From positions 1-51,873 of the forward strand of contig CAZYBS010000005.1 of assembly GCA_964645245.1 (NCBI GenBank): 51,873 nt of DNA, read 5' to 3'. Numbering within the stretch: position 1 is the stretch's first letter; each line of letters starts with the position of its first letter. The DNA is from an uncultured Candidatus Saccharibacteria bacterium. GTDB lineage: Bacteria; Patescibacteriota; Minisyncoccia; Phycocordibacterales; UBA9973. Shown in pieces: positions 22,866 through 32,414 of this stretch. The position numbers and the translations under genes were made by a program. The notes below the pieces were generated by a model. The model worked only from the letters and a program-made list of their open reading frames with translations. It did no database searches and was not told the origin of the DNA.

Positions 22866-24359
22866 ATGTCATCAATATTAGGAAATTTTTTTGGAATCTT
22901 TATCGGCGGAGAGTATTGGCTCACTCGTTTGGTCTTCCAGCGCAGTCTGGCCTTTATTTATCTGATAGCTTTTCTGATTGCTCTTAATCAGTTTGTGCCT
23001 CTGTTGGGCCAGAAGGGGCTTCTGCCAGTCCAAAATTTTGTAAACCAGACAAGTTTTAAAGATTCACCGAGCTTGTTTTTCTTTTCCCCGAAAGATTGGG
23101 TATTTAAGTTAGTAGCTCTCTTAGGCATCGGACTTGCCCTCTTTGCCCTCTCCGGCTACTCGGAAAAATTCGGCTGGTTTATCTCCATTGGCATTTGGGG
23201 ATTAATGTGGCTTTTTTATCTCTCTTTTGTCAATGTTGGGCAGACCTTTTATGCTTTCGGCTGGGAAACAATGCTCCTGGAAGCCGGTTTTCTGGCTATG
23301 TTTTTGGGCGACGAAAAAACCGCGCCCTCTCTCATTGTCATCTTTCTTTTGCGGTGGATGCTTTTCCGGACAATGTTTGGGGCGGGACTGATAAAAATAC
23401 GTGGGGATTCTTGCTGGAAGGATTTAACTTGTCTCTATTATCACTACGAAACGCAACCAATGCCGAATCTTTTCTCTTGGTATTTTAATTGGCTGCCGAA
23501 AGTCGTTCATCAGTTCGGGGTTCTATTCAATCATTTCACGGAATTAATAGTCCCGTTTTTCTATTTTGCTCCCCAGCCCGTGGCGCTGGTCGCCGGCCTG
23601 ATCACTTTATTTTTCCACGGCTGGCTCTCGATCAGCGGTAATTTTGCTTTTCTTGGATTTCTGACGATGGTGATTGCCATCCCGACCTTAAATGATAATC
23701 TGCTCGGCAAAATTTTTCATTTAATACCGCCGGCCAATTTGCATTCGCCGCCATATTATGAATATACCATCCTCTTACTGGCCGCTCTGGTCATCTCCCT
23801 CAGCATAAAACCAATCATCAATCTAATATCGCCCTACCAGGCGATGAACACTTCTTATGGCCCACTGCATCTGGTAAATTCTTACGGCGCCTTCGGCAGC
23901 ATCACCCGTCCAAGATATGAAGTCATTGTGCAAGGCACCAATGATTCTTCGATTACTGCGGAAACGAAGTGGCTAGAATATGAATTTAAAGGAAAACCGG
24001 GAGATATTTACCGGCCTCCGCCGCAAGTTGCTCCTTATCATCTTCGCTTGGACTGGCTGATGTGGTTTGCCGGATTTACTCCCTATTATAATCAGCCCTG
24101 GTTTGTAAATTTGGTGGCAAAGTTGCTGCAGAATGATCAGAATATTTTATCACTAATCGCTCAAAACCCTTTTTCGGGAACAGCCCCCAAATATGTCCGA
24201 GCCCTACTCTATGAATATCATTTTACGACTCCCGAAGAGCGCGATAGAACTGGTGCCTGGTGGAGTCGCAAATTTGTCGGCGATTATTTCCCAGTAGTGT
24301 CGCTCACTACTCCGGACTTCCTTAGAATTCTAAAAGAGCAAAAGTGGTTGGAAAATTAA
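22866..24359 (+). CDS. lipase maturation factor (LMF) family membrane protein
   Basis: FGWETMLLEAGFL, GLIKIRGD.CW, HYETQPMPN and APYHLRLDWLMWFA motifs. Confidence 0.92.
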   Translation: MSSILGNFFGIFIGGEYWLTRLVFQRSLAFIYLIAFLIALNQFVPLLGQKGLLPVQNFVNQTSFKDSPSLFFFSPKDWVFKLVALLGIGLALFALSGYSEKFGWFISIGIWGLMWLFYLSFVNVGQTFYAFGWETMLLEAGFLAMFLGDEKTAPSLIVIFLLRWMLFRTMFGAGLIKIRGDSCWKDLTCLYYHYETQPMPNLFSWYFNWLPKVVHQFGVLFNHFTELIVPFFYFAPQPVALVAGLITLFFHGWLSISGNFAFLGFLTMVIAIPTLNDNLLGKIFHLIPPANLHSPPYYEYTILLLAALVISLSIKPIINLISPYQAMNTSYGPLHLVNSYGAFGSITRPRYEVIVQGTNDSSITAETKWLEYEFKGKPGDIYRPPPQVAPYHLRLDWLMWFAGFTPYYNQPWFVNLVAKLLQNDQNILSLIAQNPFSGTAPKYVRALLYEYHFTTPEERDRTGAWWSRKFVGDYFPVVSLTTPDFLRILKEQKWLEN

Positions 24360-24398
24360 ATTTGATTTAAGGCTCTTTTTGTATTATTGTGATGGAAT

Positions 24399-24472
24399 TG
24401 GGAGATCGTCTAATGGTAGGACTCATTCCTCTGGAGAATGATATCTTGGTTCGAATCCAAGTCTCCCAGCCA
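24399..24472 (+). tRNA. tRNA-Gln(CTG), CCA encoded
   Basis: TGGGAGA/TCTCCCA (U1-A72), CATTC-CTCTGGA-GAATG anticodon arm, G73, then CCA at 24470-24472. Confidence 0.94.
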
Positions 24473-25563
24473 TGAAAAGAAAATTAATTTGGCTTTTTAT
24501 CATTTTTTTATTTTTACTACTTGCTTTATTTTTTATATTTCCAGAATTTTTAGGTAGTGGCATATCTTATAAAAAGAGTGATGAACTAGTAAAGCGAGAA
24601 AAGTCTTTAGCATCCGTTATCCCTCCGCTAGATATTGTGGCCTATGATAAAAAATTAAATGAATTAGCCAATAACCCCCCGGCACCTCAACCCGCTTTGC
24701 CTCTTCCCTGGCCGGTGAAGACTGTCTATCCTAATGCTGGCGCCATCTTGCCATTCAAGCGCATTGTTGCTTATTACGGAAATTTATATTCCCCAAAAAT
24801 GGGAGTTCTAGGGCAGTACCCCGAAGAAGAAATGCTCGCCAAGCTAGACACTGAAGTGAAAAAATGGGAGACAGCGGACCCAAATACTCCTGTATTGCCG
24901 GCACTTCATTATATCGCAGTTGTAGCGCAACAGAAACCGGGGGGAGACGGTAAATATAGACTTCGTATGCCGGATTCTGAAATAGATAAAGTGCTCGCAA
25001 TCGCGGCGAAAATACCTGCCCGCAATGTTTCAGGCATAGCTGATGCAGGCGGGAATGCTCTTGTTTTTTTGGATATTCAAGTCGGATTTTCCAGCTTGCA
25101 AGCCGAGATGCCTTTGCTCGAAAAATATTTTAAATTGCCCAATGTGCATTTAGGTATTGACCCTGAATTTTCAATGAAAAATGGTATCAGACCGGGAAAG
25201 ATAGTCGGAACATTTGACGCCGACGATATAAATTTTACGGCCGATTATTTAGCAAGGATTGTGAGAGAAAATAATTTAAATCCGAAAATATTGGTTGTGC
25301 ATCGTTATACGCAAAAAATGGTGACTAATTACAAAATGATTAAATCTTTGCCGGAAGTGCAAATCGTTATGCACATGGATGGCTGGGGCGGCATGGCCAA
25401 GAAAATTAATACCTATCAGCAGTTTATTTATAAAGAACCTGTTCAATTTACCGGTTTTAAATTATTTTACAAGAATGATGTTTTTGAGCCCAATACTGTC
25501 TTAATGACACCGGCTGAATTACTCAAACTAAGTCCGCAACCTGTATATATACAATATCAGTAG
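24472..25563 (+). CDS. membrane-anchored conserved hypothetical protein
   Basis: N-terminal TM segment; RIVAYYG, VFLDIQVG, HLGIDPEF and MDGWG motifs; 39-nt in-frame insertion at 25015-25053. Confidence 0.88.
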   Translation: MKRKLIWLFIIFLFLLLALFFIFPEFLGSGISYKKSDELVKREKSLASVIPPLDIVAYDKKLNELANNPPAPQPALPLPWPVKTVYPNAGAILPFKRIVAYYGNLYSPKMGVLGQYPEEEMLAKLDTEVKKWETADPNTPVLPALHYIAVVAQQKPGGDGKYRLRMPDSEIDKVLAIAAKIPARNVSGIADAGGNALVFLDIQVGFSSLQAEMPLLEKYFKLPNVHLGIDPEFSMKNGIRPGKIVGTFDADDINFTADYLARIVRENNLNPKILVVHRYTQKMVTNYKMIKSLPEVQIVMHMDGWGGMAKKINTYQQFIYKEPVQFTGFKLFYKNDVFEPNTVLMTPAELLKLSPQPVYIQYQ

Positions 25564-25584
25564 CATGTATGATACAATAGGAGT

Positions 25585-26025
25585 ATGAAAAAAGTTTACA
25601 TTATCATAATTGTCTTGGTCGTTTTAATAGTAGGAATTTTGCTCTTTTTTGGAATGGGGAAAAAGGTAGAAGCACCTACCCTGATAGATAATAAAGAGAT
25701 AAATACTGCAAACACTAATGGCGAAGAAATACCAATAGAAGAATCTGAAACAGTCAAAGAATTTGTCGTTACAGGTAAAAATTTTTCTTTCGAACCTGCT
25801 ATGATAACCGTCAAAAAGGGGGATAGGGTTAAAATAACTTTTCAAAACACTTCAGGATTTCATGATTTTAGGATAGATGAATTTGGTGTTGCCACTAAGC
25901 AAGCAAAATCGCCAGCTATAGAAGTTTTGGAATTTACAGCGGATAAAATTGGAACTTTTGAATATTATTGTTCTGTTGGTACTCATAGAGCTATGGGCAT
26001 GAAGGGTATCTTAAAAGTTGAATGA
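25585..26025 (+). CDS. cupredoxin (blue copper) domain protein
   Basis: F.FEP..ITVKKGD.V, H, and YYCSVGTHRAMGMKG type-1 Cu ligands. Confidence 0.9.
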   Translation: MKKVYIIIIVLVVLIVGILLFFGMGKKVEAPTLIDNKEINTANTNGEEIPIEESETVKEFVVTGKNFSFEPAMITVKKGDRVKITFQNTSGFHDFRIDEFGVATKQAKSPAIEVLEFTADKIGTFEYYCSVGTHRAMGMKGILKVE

Positions 26026-26029
26026 TACT

Positions 26030-26410
26030 ATGGATTCCTTAAGAGAGAAAAGAGCTTGGAGTATTGTAAAAAGAGCGCAGAGTTTCACTCATGCTTTTCG
26101 AGGTCTTCGGCTTTTTTTTATGACGACGCCGAATGCCTGGATACACATTTTTGCCGTAGTGGTGGTTGTCATCGCCGGTTTTTATTTTGAAGTATCTTCA
26201 TTTGAATGGCTTGCCTTAGTGTTGGCCATAGGCCTTGTATTTACGGCTGAAGCCTTCAACACCGCTATTGAGATAGACATAAATCTCACCTCGCCGGAAT
26301 ACCATCCGTACGCGCGCGACACCAAAGATGTCGCCGCCGGCGCTGTGTTTCTGGCTGCACTTATCTCTGTCATTGTCGGACTGATTGTTTTTATACCTAA
26401 GATTTTGTGA
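26030..26410 (+). CDS. dgkA: diacylglycerol/undecaprenol kinase family protein
   Basis: SFTHAFRG, EAFNTAIE and KDVAAGAV motifs; the start could alternatively be TTG 26018. Confidence 0.88.
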   Translation: MDSLREKRAWSIVKRAQSFTHAFRGLRLFFMTTPNAWIHIFAVVVVVIAGFYFEVSSFEWLALVLAIGLVFTAEAFNTAIEIDINLTSPEYHPYARDTKDVAAGAVFLAALISVIVGLIVFIPKIL

Positions 26411-26422
26411 TATGATCTAACC

Positions 26423-27079
26423 ATGAAAAAATATATTATTATTGGAATTGTTATTATTATAGGCGTTTCGGCTGTTTGGTTTTTGATAAAAAATGGCGGG
26501 TCTTTAAGTAAAGAATTTACGGAAGTAGGGAACAATTTAAGCATTACACCGGAAACAAAAAATATTAATAATTTAAACAATAAAAAAATTACAAAAGAAA
26601 TGACCAGCGCGACGTTAAAGACAAGTAAAGGAAATATCACAATTGAATTTTTCAGAATGCAGGCGCCAAACACTGTGGCCAACTTCACTAAGCTTGCCCA
26701 GGCCGGTTTTTATGATGGGACAAAATTCCACCGAGTAATAAAAGGTTTTATGATTCAGGGAGGAGATCCATTGACAAAAGACGATGCCAAAATGAACCTT
26801 TGGGGCACCGGAGGCCCGGGTTATTCTTTCGCCGACGAAATAGGGGTGAATAATAAGAATGACGTAGGTACGGTAGCCATGGCAAACTCAGGTCCTGACA
26901 CTAACGGTTCTCAATTTTTCATTAATGTCGCCGCGAATAATTTCCTGGACGGCAAGCATACTGTTTTTGGCAAGGTTGTATTAGGAATGGATGTCGTGAG
27001 AAAAATTGAAAATACACCGACCGGAGCCTCCGACAGACCATTGTCTCCGGTAGTCATTGAAAGTATAATTTTAAAATGA
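26423..27079 (+). CDS. cyclophilin-type peptidyl-prolyl isomerase, membrane-anchored
   Basis: FHRVIKGFMIQGGDP, AMANSGPDTNGSQFFI and LDGKHTVFG motifs. Confidence 0.95.
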   Translation: MKKYIIIGIVIIIGVSAVWFLIKNGGSLSKEFTEVGNNLSITPETKNINNLNNKKITKEMTSATLKTSKGNITIEFFRMQAPNTVANFTKLAQAGFYDGTKFHRVIKGFMIQGGDPLTKDDAKMNLWGTGGPGYSFADEIGVNNKNDVGTVAMANSGPDTNGSQFFINVAANNFLDGKHTVFGKVVLGMDVVRKIENTPTGASDRPLSPVVIESIILK

Positions 27080-28605
27080 CAGAGATAGTATACGTTTTAG
27101 ACTTTGGCTCGCAATATTCGCACTTGATCACAAGGCGTATTCGCGAGGCTGGGGTTCTGGCTGAACTTGTTAGTCCTGATTTTCCTATTACTAAACTAAA
27201 GCAAGGTAAGGGCATTATTTTATCCGGGGGACCGCAAAATCTTTCAGAAAGCAATGCGCTACGAATTGATAAAAAAGTTTTTTCACTCGGAATTCCAGTA
27301 TTGGGTATTTGTTATGGCCAACAGCTTATGGCTTATGAATTAGGAGGCAAGGTCAAGGCTTCGACCCACCGCGAATACGGATACGCCGAGGTGACTTTGG
27401 TAAAAAAATCCAAGATATTTGCGGATCTTGCGAAAAAACAAGATGTTTGGATGTCTCACGGAGATTCCGTGAGCAAACTTCCGAAGGGTTTTGTGATTAT
27501 CGCCTCATCCTCCAATTGTCCGGTCGCTGCCATTGCCGATGAAAAAAATAAACTTTTTGGTTTGCAATTTCATCCGGAAGTTATGCATACGAAGAGTGGC
27601 CGGAAGATTCTTTTAAATTTTATCAGGATTACCGGAGTGAAAATACTATCAATGGAAAAAGATTTTATCAAAAAATCCATTGAAGAAATCCGCAGGCAGA
27701 TTGGGAAAGACAAGGCAATTTGCGCGCTCTCCGGCGGAGTTGATTCCGCGGTAGCAGCCGTGCTGGTTCATAAAGCTATTGGCAAACAGTTAACTTGTAT
27801 CTATGTTGATACTGGGTTGATGAGAACAGGCGAAACCGAATCCATTAAAAAAGTATTCAAGTCTTATTTAAAAATAAACTTAATCGTGATTCAGGCGGAA
27901 AAAGAATTTTTAGCCAAACTAAAAGGAGTTACAGATCCGGAAAAGAAAAGGAAAACTATCGGCGAACTTTTTATTCGGATTTTCGAGAAGGAGGCTAAAA
28001 AATTAGGCAATATAAAATGGCTGATTCAAGGAACTTTATATACTGATGCGGTAAGTTCTGGTAAAAGCGCGGGTAGTAAAAACGCGGCAATTATAAAATC
28101 CCATCACAACGTAGGGGGGCTTCCGGAAAAAATAGGATTTAAGCTTATTGAGCCTCTGCGGGATTTGTACAAATATGAAGTTAGAAAATTGGGAGAAGCG
28201 CTGGGTCTGCCTAAAGGTGTGACTTACCGCGTACCATTTCCGGGTCCCGGATTGGCTATTAGGATTATTGGCGAAGTTACAAAAGAAAAGCTTGAGCTCC
28301 TGCGGCAAGCAGACGGGATTGTTCGCGAAGAGATTGAAAAAAGTGGAGAAAAAGTCTCGCAATACTTTGCTGTGCTTCCCTCAACCCTTAGATCTGTGGG
28401 AGTGCAAGGAGATGCCAGAACTTACGGCTTTCCTATAATCATTCGGGCATTCAACACTCCAGACTTTTTGACCGTGCAGTGGGCATTTTTGCCTCATAAA
28501 CTTCTGGAAAAAATTTCCACGCGCATTACCAACGAGGTAAAGGGCATTAACCGAGTAGTTTACGATATTACTTCCAAGCCTCCCGGAACTGTTGAATGGG
28601 AATAA
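27076..28605 (+). CDS. guaA: GMP synthase (glutamine-hydrolysing)
   Basis: LDFGSQY, GICYGQQ, LSGGVDS, IKSHHNVGG and YDITSKPPGTVEWE motifs. Confidence 0.97.
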   Translation: MTEIVYVLDFGSQYSHLITRRIREAGVLAELVSPDFPITKLKQGKGIILSGGPQNLSESNALRIDKKVFSLGIPVLGICYGQQLMAYELGGKVKASTHREYGYAEVTLVKKSKIFADLAKKQDVWMSHGDSVSKLPKGFVIIASSSNCPVAAIADEKNKLFGLQFHPEVMHTKSGRKILLNFIRITGVKILSMEKDFIKKSIEEIRRQIGKDKAICALSGGVDSAVAAVLVHKAIGKQLTCIYVDTGLMRTGETESIKKVFKSYLKINLIVIQAEKEFLAKLKGVTDPEKKRKTIGELFIRIFEKEAKKLGNIKWLIQGTLYTDAVSSGKSAGSKNAAIIKSHHNVGGLPEKIGFKLIEPLRDLYKYEVRKLGEALGLPKGVTYRVPFPGPGLAIRIIGEVTKEKLELLRQADGIVREEIEKSGEKVSQYFAVLPSTLRSVGVQGDARTYGFPIIIRAFNTPDFLTVQWAFLPHKLLEKISTRITNEVKGINRVVYDITSKPPGTVEWE

Positions 28606-28623
28606 AAGTGGTATAATTCTTAT

Positions 28624-29031
28624 ATGTTTTATGAAAATTTGGCTAATGCAATAATGGTTTTTCACGTACTACTTATCGTTTCTGTTTTTCTTGGTATTCT
28701 CATTAGTGCCAGATATAAAAGATTTAGACCTTTTGAGTCAATGATTTTGTTGTCAGCAATAGTTATCTGGTCATTATATGGAGGTTGTCCATTGACCTAT
28801 GCTGAAAACTCTTTAAGAATATATTCTGGAAACCCTTTACCGTTAACTACGAATGGATTTATTTCATTTTATTTTGATAAGTGGTTTGATCTAACCATCA
28901 CCAACTATCAATTAACCATGATTACTTATTTTGCCGCGCTTCTATTCTTATCTGTATCAGTCGAATGGATCAGTCCTTATGTGAATTTAGAAATTATAAA
29001 GCTTCGCAAGTTTTTAGGTTTACTAAGATAG
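28624..29031 (+). CDS. membrane protein, DUF2784-like
   Basis: Hydrophobic, with GCPLTYAENSLR and GFI..Y motifs. Confidence 0.75.
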   Translation: MFYENLANAIMVFHVLLIVSVFLGILISARYKRFRPFESMILLSAIVIWSLYGGCPLTYAENSLRIYSGNPLPLTTNGFISFYFDKWFDLTITNYQLTMITYFAALLFLSVSVEWISPYVNLEIIKLRKFLGLLR

Positions 29032-29080
29032 TATTTACTACATATCTCTAGTTCGCGCGAATAAGCGAATAGTGATATCG

Positions 29081-29823
29081 GCTACGGAGGGCTACGGAGG
29101 CGTTGCCTCCGTACCTTCTAATTATCAAAACTAAGCCACTCTAAGAGTTCTTTTTTGTGATCATTTGGTTTTTTGAAATAAGCAGGGAATGGTGTTGGGT
29201 TTATGATTTTAAATTTTAGTTTAGTGTATTCTTTTAAACTTGAATACCGGTAGGAAAAGACATATTTTAACAAATCCGCACTGTTTCTGTGTTTATTTTC
29301 TTTCCAATTCTTGTCTATTAGTTTTACAGGGTTTAGGTGTATGTATGAGTACAAATATTTCAAATACCTATCACTACTTGCGTGGATTGATTTAAATACT
29401 CCTTCATATAATTTGCCTGTCCGCTTGTATTTTTTATTAAAATACATCGAATAGCTAGTCATTAGCTTAAGCATATACTTAGAAATTCCACCTTCAATTT
29501 TTTCATGAGCGAGTATGTGAAAATGATTAGGCATTAAACAATATAGTCCTATATCAACTATAATTTCTCCACGGTCAAAATTTTCACCAATATTTCTCAA
29601 TTCTATACTTTTTGTGGTATTACAAATATACATTAGAAATAAAAAATGCTCATAGTCTTGCTCGTCCAAAAATATTACTCTTTTTTCTGTACCACGATTA
29701 TATAGGTGATAAAATTCACCAGGTGCAAAAACTTGTTTTCTTAAAGCCATCTGTTTAGTATAACATGGAAAAATACGGAGGCAACGCCTCCGTGACCCCT
29801 CCGTGACCCCTCCGTGACCTCCA
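29081..29823 (-). mobile_element. RAYT/REP-type element: Y1 transposase with flanking palindromes
   Basis: TACGGAGG-cgttg-CCTCCGTA at 29093-29113 and its inverse TACGGAGG-caacg-CCTCCGTG at 29774-29794, with extra half-sites on the outer sides. Confidence 0.85.
29118..29750 (-). CDS. REP-associated tyrosine (HUH/Y1) transposase
   Basis: YHLYNRG, YCLMPNHFH, YIHLNP and YSS motifs. Confidence 0.92.
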   Translation of the reverse strand: MALRKQVFAPGEFYHLYNRGTEKRVIFLDEQDYEHFLFLMYICNTTKSIELRNIGENFDRGEIIVDIGLYCLMPNHFHILAHEKIEGGISKYMLKLMTSYSMYFNKKYKRTGKLYEGVFKSIHASSDRYLKYLYSYIHLNPVKLIDKNWKENKHRNSADLLKYVFSYRYSSLKEYTKLKFKIINPTPFPAYFKKPNDHKKELLEWLSFDN

Positions 29824-29854
29824 TGATGCCTCTTATATTGTTGATCTAAAATAA

Positions 29855-30313
29855 ATGATATACTCTACCCAACCTATGGAACCCGATTCAACACCAATTA
29901 ATAAACCAGAGCTCACTAATAGAACCGCTGTTGTAATAGATAAAGACTTAGCTACTTGGCAACAACTAAACGTGGTAGCATTCTTGGCAAGCGCTATTGC
30001 CAGTAATTTCCCTGAGACTATGGGGAAAGAATTTAAGGACTCCTCTAACAAAAATTACCTAAGTATCTTCCGTGTTCCGGTATTGGTCTTTGAAGGTACA
30101 GGTGAACAAGTGCGCAGAGCTTATGAACGGGCTAGAGCACGCGGATTGGCGGTTGGTATCTATACGAGAGACATTTTCAAAACCCAAGGTGATGATAACT
30201 GGACTGCAATTGCTGCAAAAACAGAAGCTGAACAGGACTTGGTAGGTACAGTAATGTATGGTGCCAGAAGCCCTGTAAGCAAAGCAGTGGACGGTTTAGA
30301 ACTTCATAAGTAG
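29855..30313 (+). CDS. DUF2000 family protein
   Basis: AVVIDKDLATWQQLNVVAFLAS and ...VSKAVDGLELH; the start may be 29876. Confidence 0.8.
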   Translation: MIYSTQPMEPDSTPINKPELTNRTAVVIDKDLATWQQLNVVAFLASAIASNFPETMGKEFKDSSNKNYLSIFRVPVLVFEGTGEQVRRAYERARARGLAVGIYTRDIFKTQGDDNWTAIAAKTEAEQDLVGTVMYGARSPVSKAVDGLELHK

Positions 30314-30324
30314 GGTACTGATAT

Positions 30325-30960
30325 ATGTCTGGTTTTACCAAAAAAGAAATGGCTATGATGCGGAAGATGAACACTCCCGCCAAGGTGCAGGATTTTTTGA
30401 ATGGGCTGCCATTTAATTTTGAAAAGGGTGGAGAAACTTTGAAATCTCCGCTTTTCATTCTCCGCAGTGGAAATGCGCATTGTCTGGAAGGGGCATTGCT
30501 GGGCGCGTATATTCTTTCGCTCCACGGTTTCCCGCCACTTGTATTACACCTAAAGACGACAAAAGAAGATTACGACCACGTAATAGCTCCGTTTAAGATA
30601 AAAGGGCTCTGGGGAGCCCTTTCCAAGACTAATCACGCAGTCCTGCGGTATCGCGAGCCAATTTATAAAAATACCCGCGAGCTGGTGATGTCTTATTTTC
30701 ATGAATATTTTTTGAATGATGGCAAGAAAACTTTAAGACAATATTCTAAGCCGCTTAATTTGAATACTTTTGAGAAAAATTGGATGGTAATGGAGGAGGA
30801 CCTTTGGAGCATAGATCAAGAACTAGACAAAATAAAACATTATGATATTTTATCTAAAGCTCACATCAAAAAACTCCGTAAAGCAGACAAGGTGGAGATT
30901 AAAGCAGGTAAGATCGTAGAATATCCCAGTAGTAGAACAAGTTCACTACGGGACAAGTAA
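30325..30960 (+). CDS. conserved hypothetical protein (transglutaminase-like Cys-His)
   Basis: AHCLEGAL, DHVIA and WGALSKTNH.VLRYREP motifs; C-terminus formed by the palindrome at 30923-30957. Confidence 0.85.
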   Translation: MSGFTKKEMAMMRKMNTPAKVQDFLNGLPFNFEKGGETLKSPLFILRSGNAHCLEGALLGAYILSLHGFPPLVLHLKTTKEDYDHVIAPFKIKGLWGALSKTNHAVLRYREPIYKNTRELVMSYFHEYFLNDGKKTLRQYSKPLNLNTFEKNWMVMEEDLWSIDQELDKIKHYDILSKAHIKKLRKADKVEIKAGKIVEYPSSRTSSLRDK

Positions 30961-31008
30961 AAAATAATTTGTGCTATAATGTGAGTATTATCAAATTAAC
31001 ATAAATAT

Positions 31009-31395
31009 ATGGAATATCTATTTGTTTTGGGTAGGATATTGTTAGGAGGTTACTTTTTAATGAGCGGTTTGAATCACTTTAAGCATCTTCCAATGTTGAC
31101 TGGCTATGCGCAATCCAAAGGAGTGCCAATGCCAAAAGAAATGGTGATGCTAACTGGCTTGATGATGCTCTTGGGGGGCTTGGGTGTGCTGCTAGGTGTG
31201 TATGTTACTTGGTCAATTTACCTTCTTGTCTTATTCTTGCTTTTGGCGTCATTCAAAATGCACCAGTTCTGGAAAGTAACCGAACCTATGTCTCGCATGG
31301 GGGAAGAGGTTAATTTTAAGAAGAATTTAGCACTATTGGGAGCTCTGCTCATGCTTTTAGCAATTCCTTTGCCTTGGGCGATGCCTCTATTCTAA
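31009..31395 (+). CDS. DoxX family membrane protein
   Basis: GRILLGGYF..SG.NH, H.FW and NFKKNLALLG motifs. Confidence 0.9.
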   Translation: MEYLFVLGRILLGGYFLMSGLNHFKHLPMLTGYAQSKGVPMPKEMVMLTGLMMLLGGLGVLLGVYVTWSIYLLVLFLLLASFKMHQFWKVTEPMSRMGEEVNFKKNLALLGALLMLLAIPLPWAMPLF

Positions 31396-31417
31396 AACTT
31401 TTTGAAACACAAAGTGT

Positions 31418-32410
31418 CTATTTGTTTTCTCCTTTGTGCCCGTGAGCATCAACTTCGTAGGAAGTATTTTGTTGTTCAAAAAAATTGACTAGCTCAAAGA
31501 CATCGGTGGCAGTAGACATCCATTTGGCAGGGTTGGTGACATTGAAATGTGGCGAGAGACCTAGCTCTTCAAGCCTGCGGTCTGCCACGTACTGCACATA
31601 TTGGTTCACGTAGTCAGCATTAAGTCCCAGGATGCCCTTAGGGAACATATCTTTATTGTAATTAACTTCAAGATTAACTCCGTCAATTATTATCTTTCTA
31701 ATCTCTTCGGCAAATTCGGCCGTTAAAAGTTCAGCATTTTCTTCCAGGATGGTATGAATAAGTTGAATGCCGAATTTTAAATGCAAGGATTCATCGCGCA
31801 GAACCCAGGTAATCATTGAGCCTAAATTACGCAACTGATTTCTTTGACGAAAAGATAGCGCCACCATAAAACCGGAATAAAACCATGTTCCTTCCATGAC
31901 AATATTGGTGGCGACTAAATTGCGCAAGAAATCTTTCTTGCCTTCCGGAGTCTCAATGTCTAGAGTGTCTTCGGTCATTCTGATCAGATATTTGTTTATA
32001 AAATTTTCTTTCTTCATCATTGAGTCAGTGTCCAGATGGGTACTGTAAACACGGCTTCGGTCCAGTGGAAATGTTTCCAGTACGTATTCAAATGATACAC
32101 AATGGTTTGCTTCTTCAAACATTTGCTTGGCCAGATATAAATGGCACTCGGGGGACTTTAGATAAGGATAGACGCCCAGCGCCAGAGAACGATTGACGAT
32201 AAGTTCAGCCGGGTTGAAGAATGCCATTAAAAATTCTACCGCGTGTTTTTCGTCTTCAGTCATATTTTTCCAATCAGCCAAGTCTTCACCCAATGGTATT
32301 TCGTGCGGAAACCAACTATTGCGAACGGCTTGATTATAAAGGTCATAGGCCCATTTATAATGCATCGGATGCAAGTTCATATCGGTTGGAGACGCTTTTC
32401 CTAAAATCAT
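31418..32410 (-). CDS. nrdB: ribonucleotide reductase beta subunit, class Ic-type (start 32410 preferred)
   Basis: FFNPAE, EEANH, MEGTWFYSGF, RDESLH and NFFEQ...Y motifs. Confidence 0.93.
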   Translation of the reverse strand: MILGKASPTDMNLHPMHYKWAYDLYNQAVRNSWFPHEIPLGEDLADWKNMTEDEKHAVEFLMAFFNPAELIVNRSLALGVYPYLKSPECHLYLAKQMFEEANHCVSFEYVLETFPLDRSRVYSTHLDTDSMMKKENFINKYLIRMTEDTLDIETPEGKKDFLRNLVATNIVMEGTWFYSGFMVALSFRQRNQLRNLGSMITWVLRDESLHLKFGIQLIHTILEENAELLTAEFAEEIRKIIIDGVNLEVNYNKDMFPKGILGLNADYVNQYVQYVADRRLEELGLSPHFNVTNPAKWMSTATDVFELVNFFEQQNTSYEVDAHGHKGENK

Positions 32411-32414
32411 GTAT

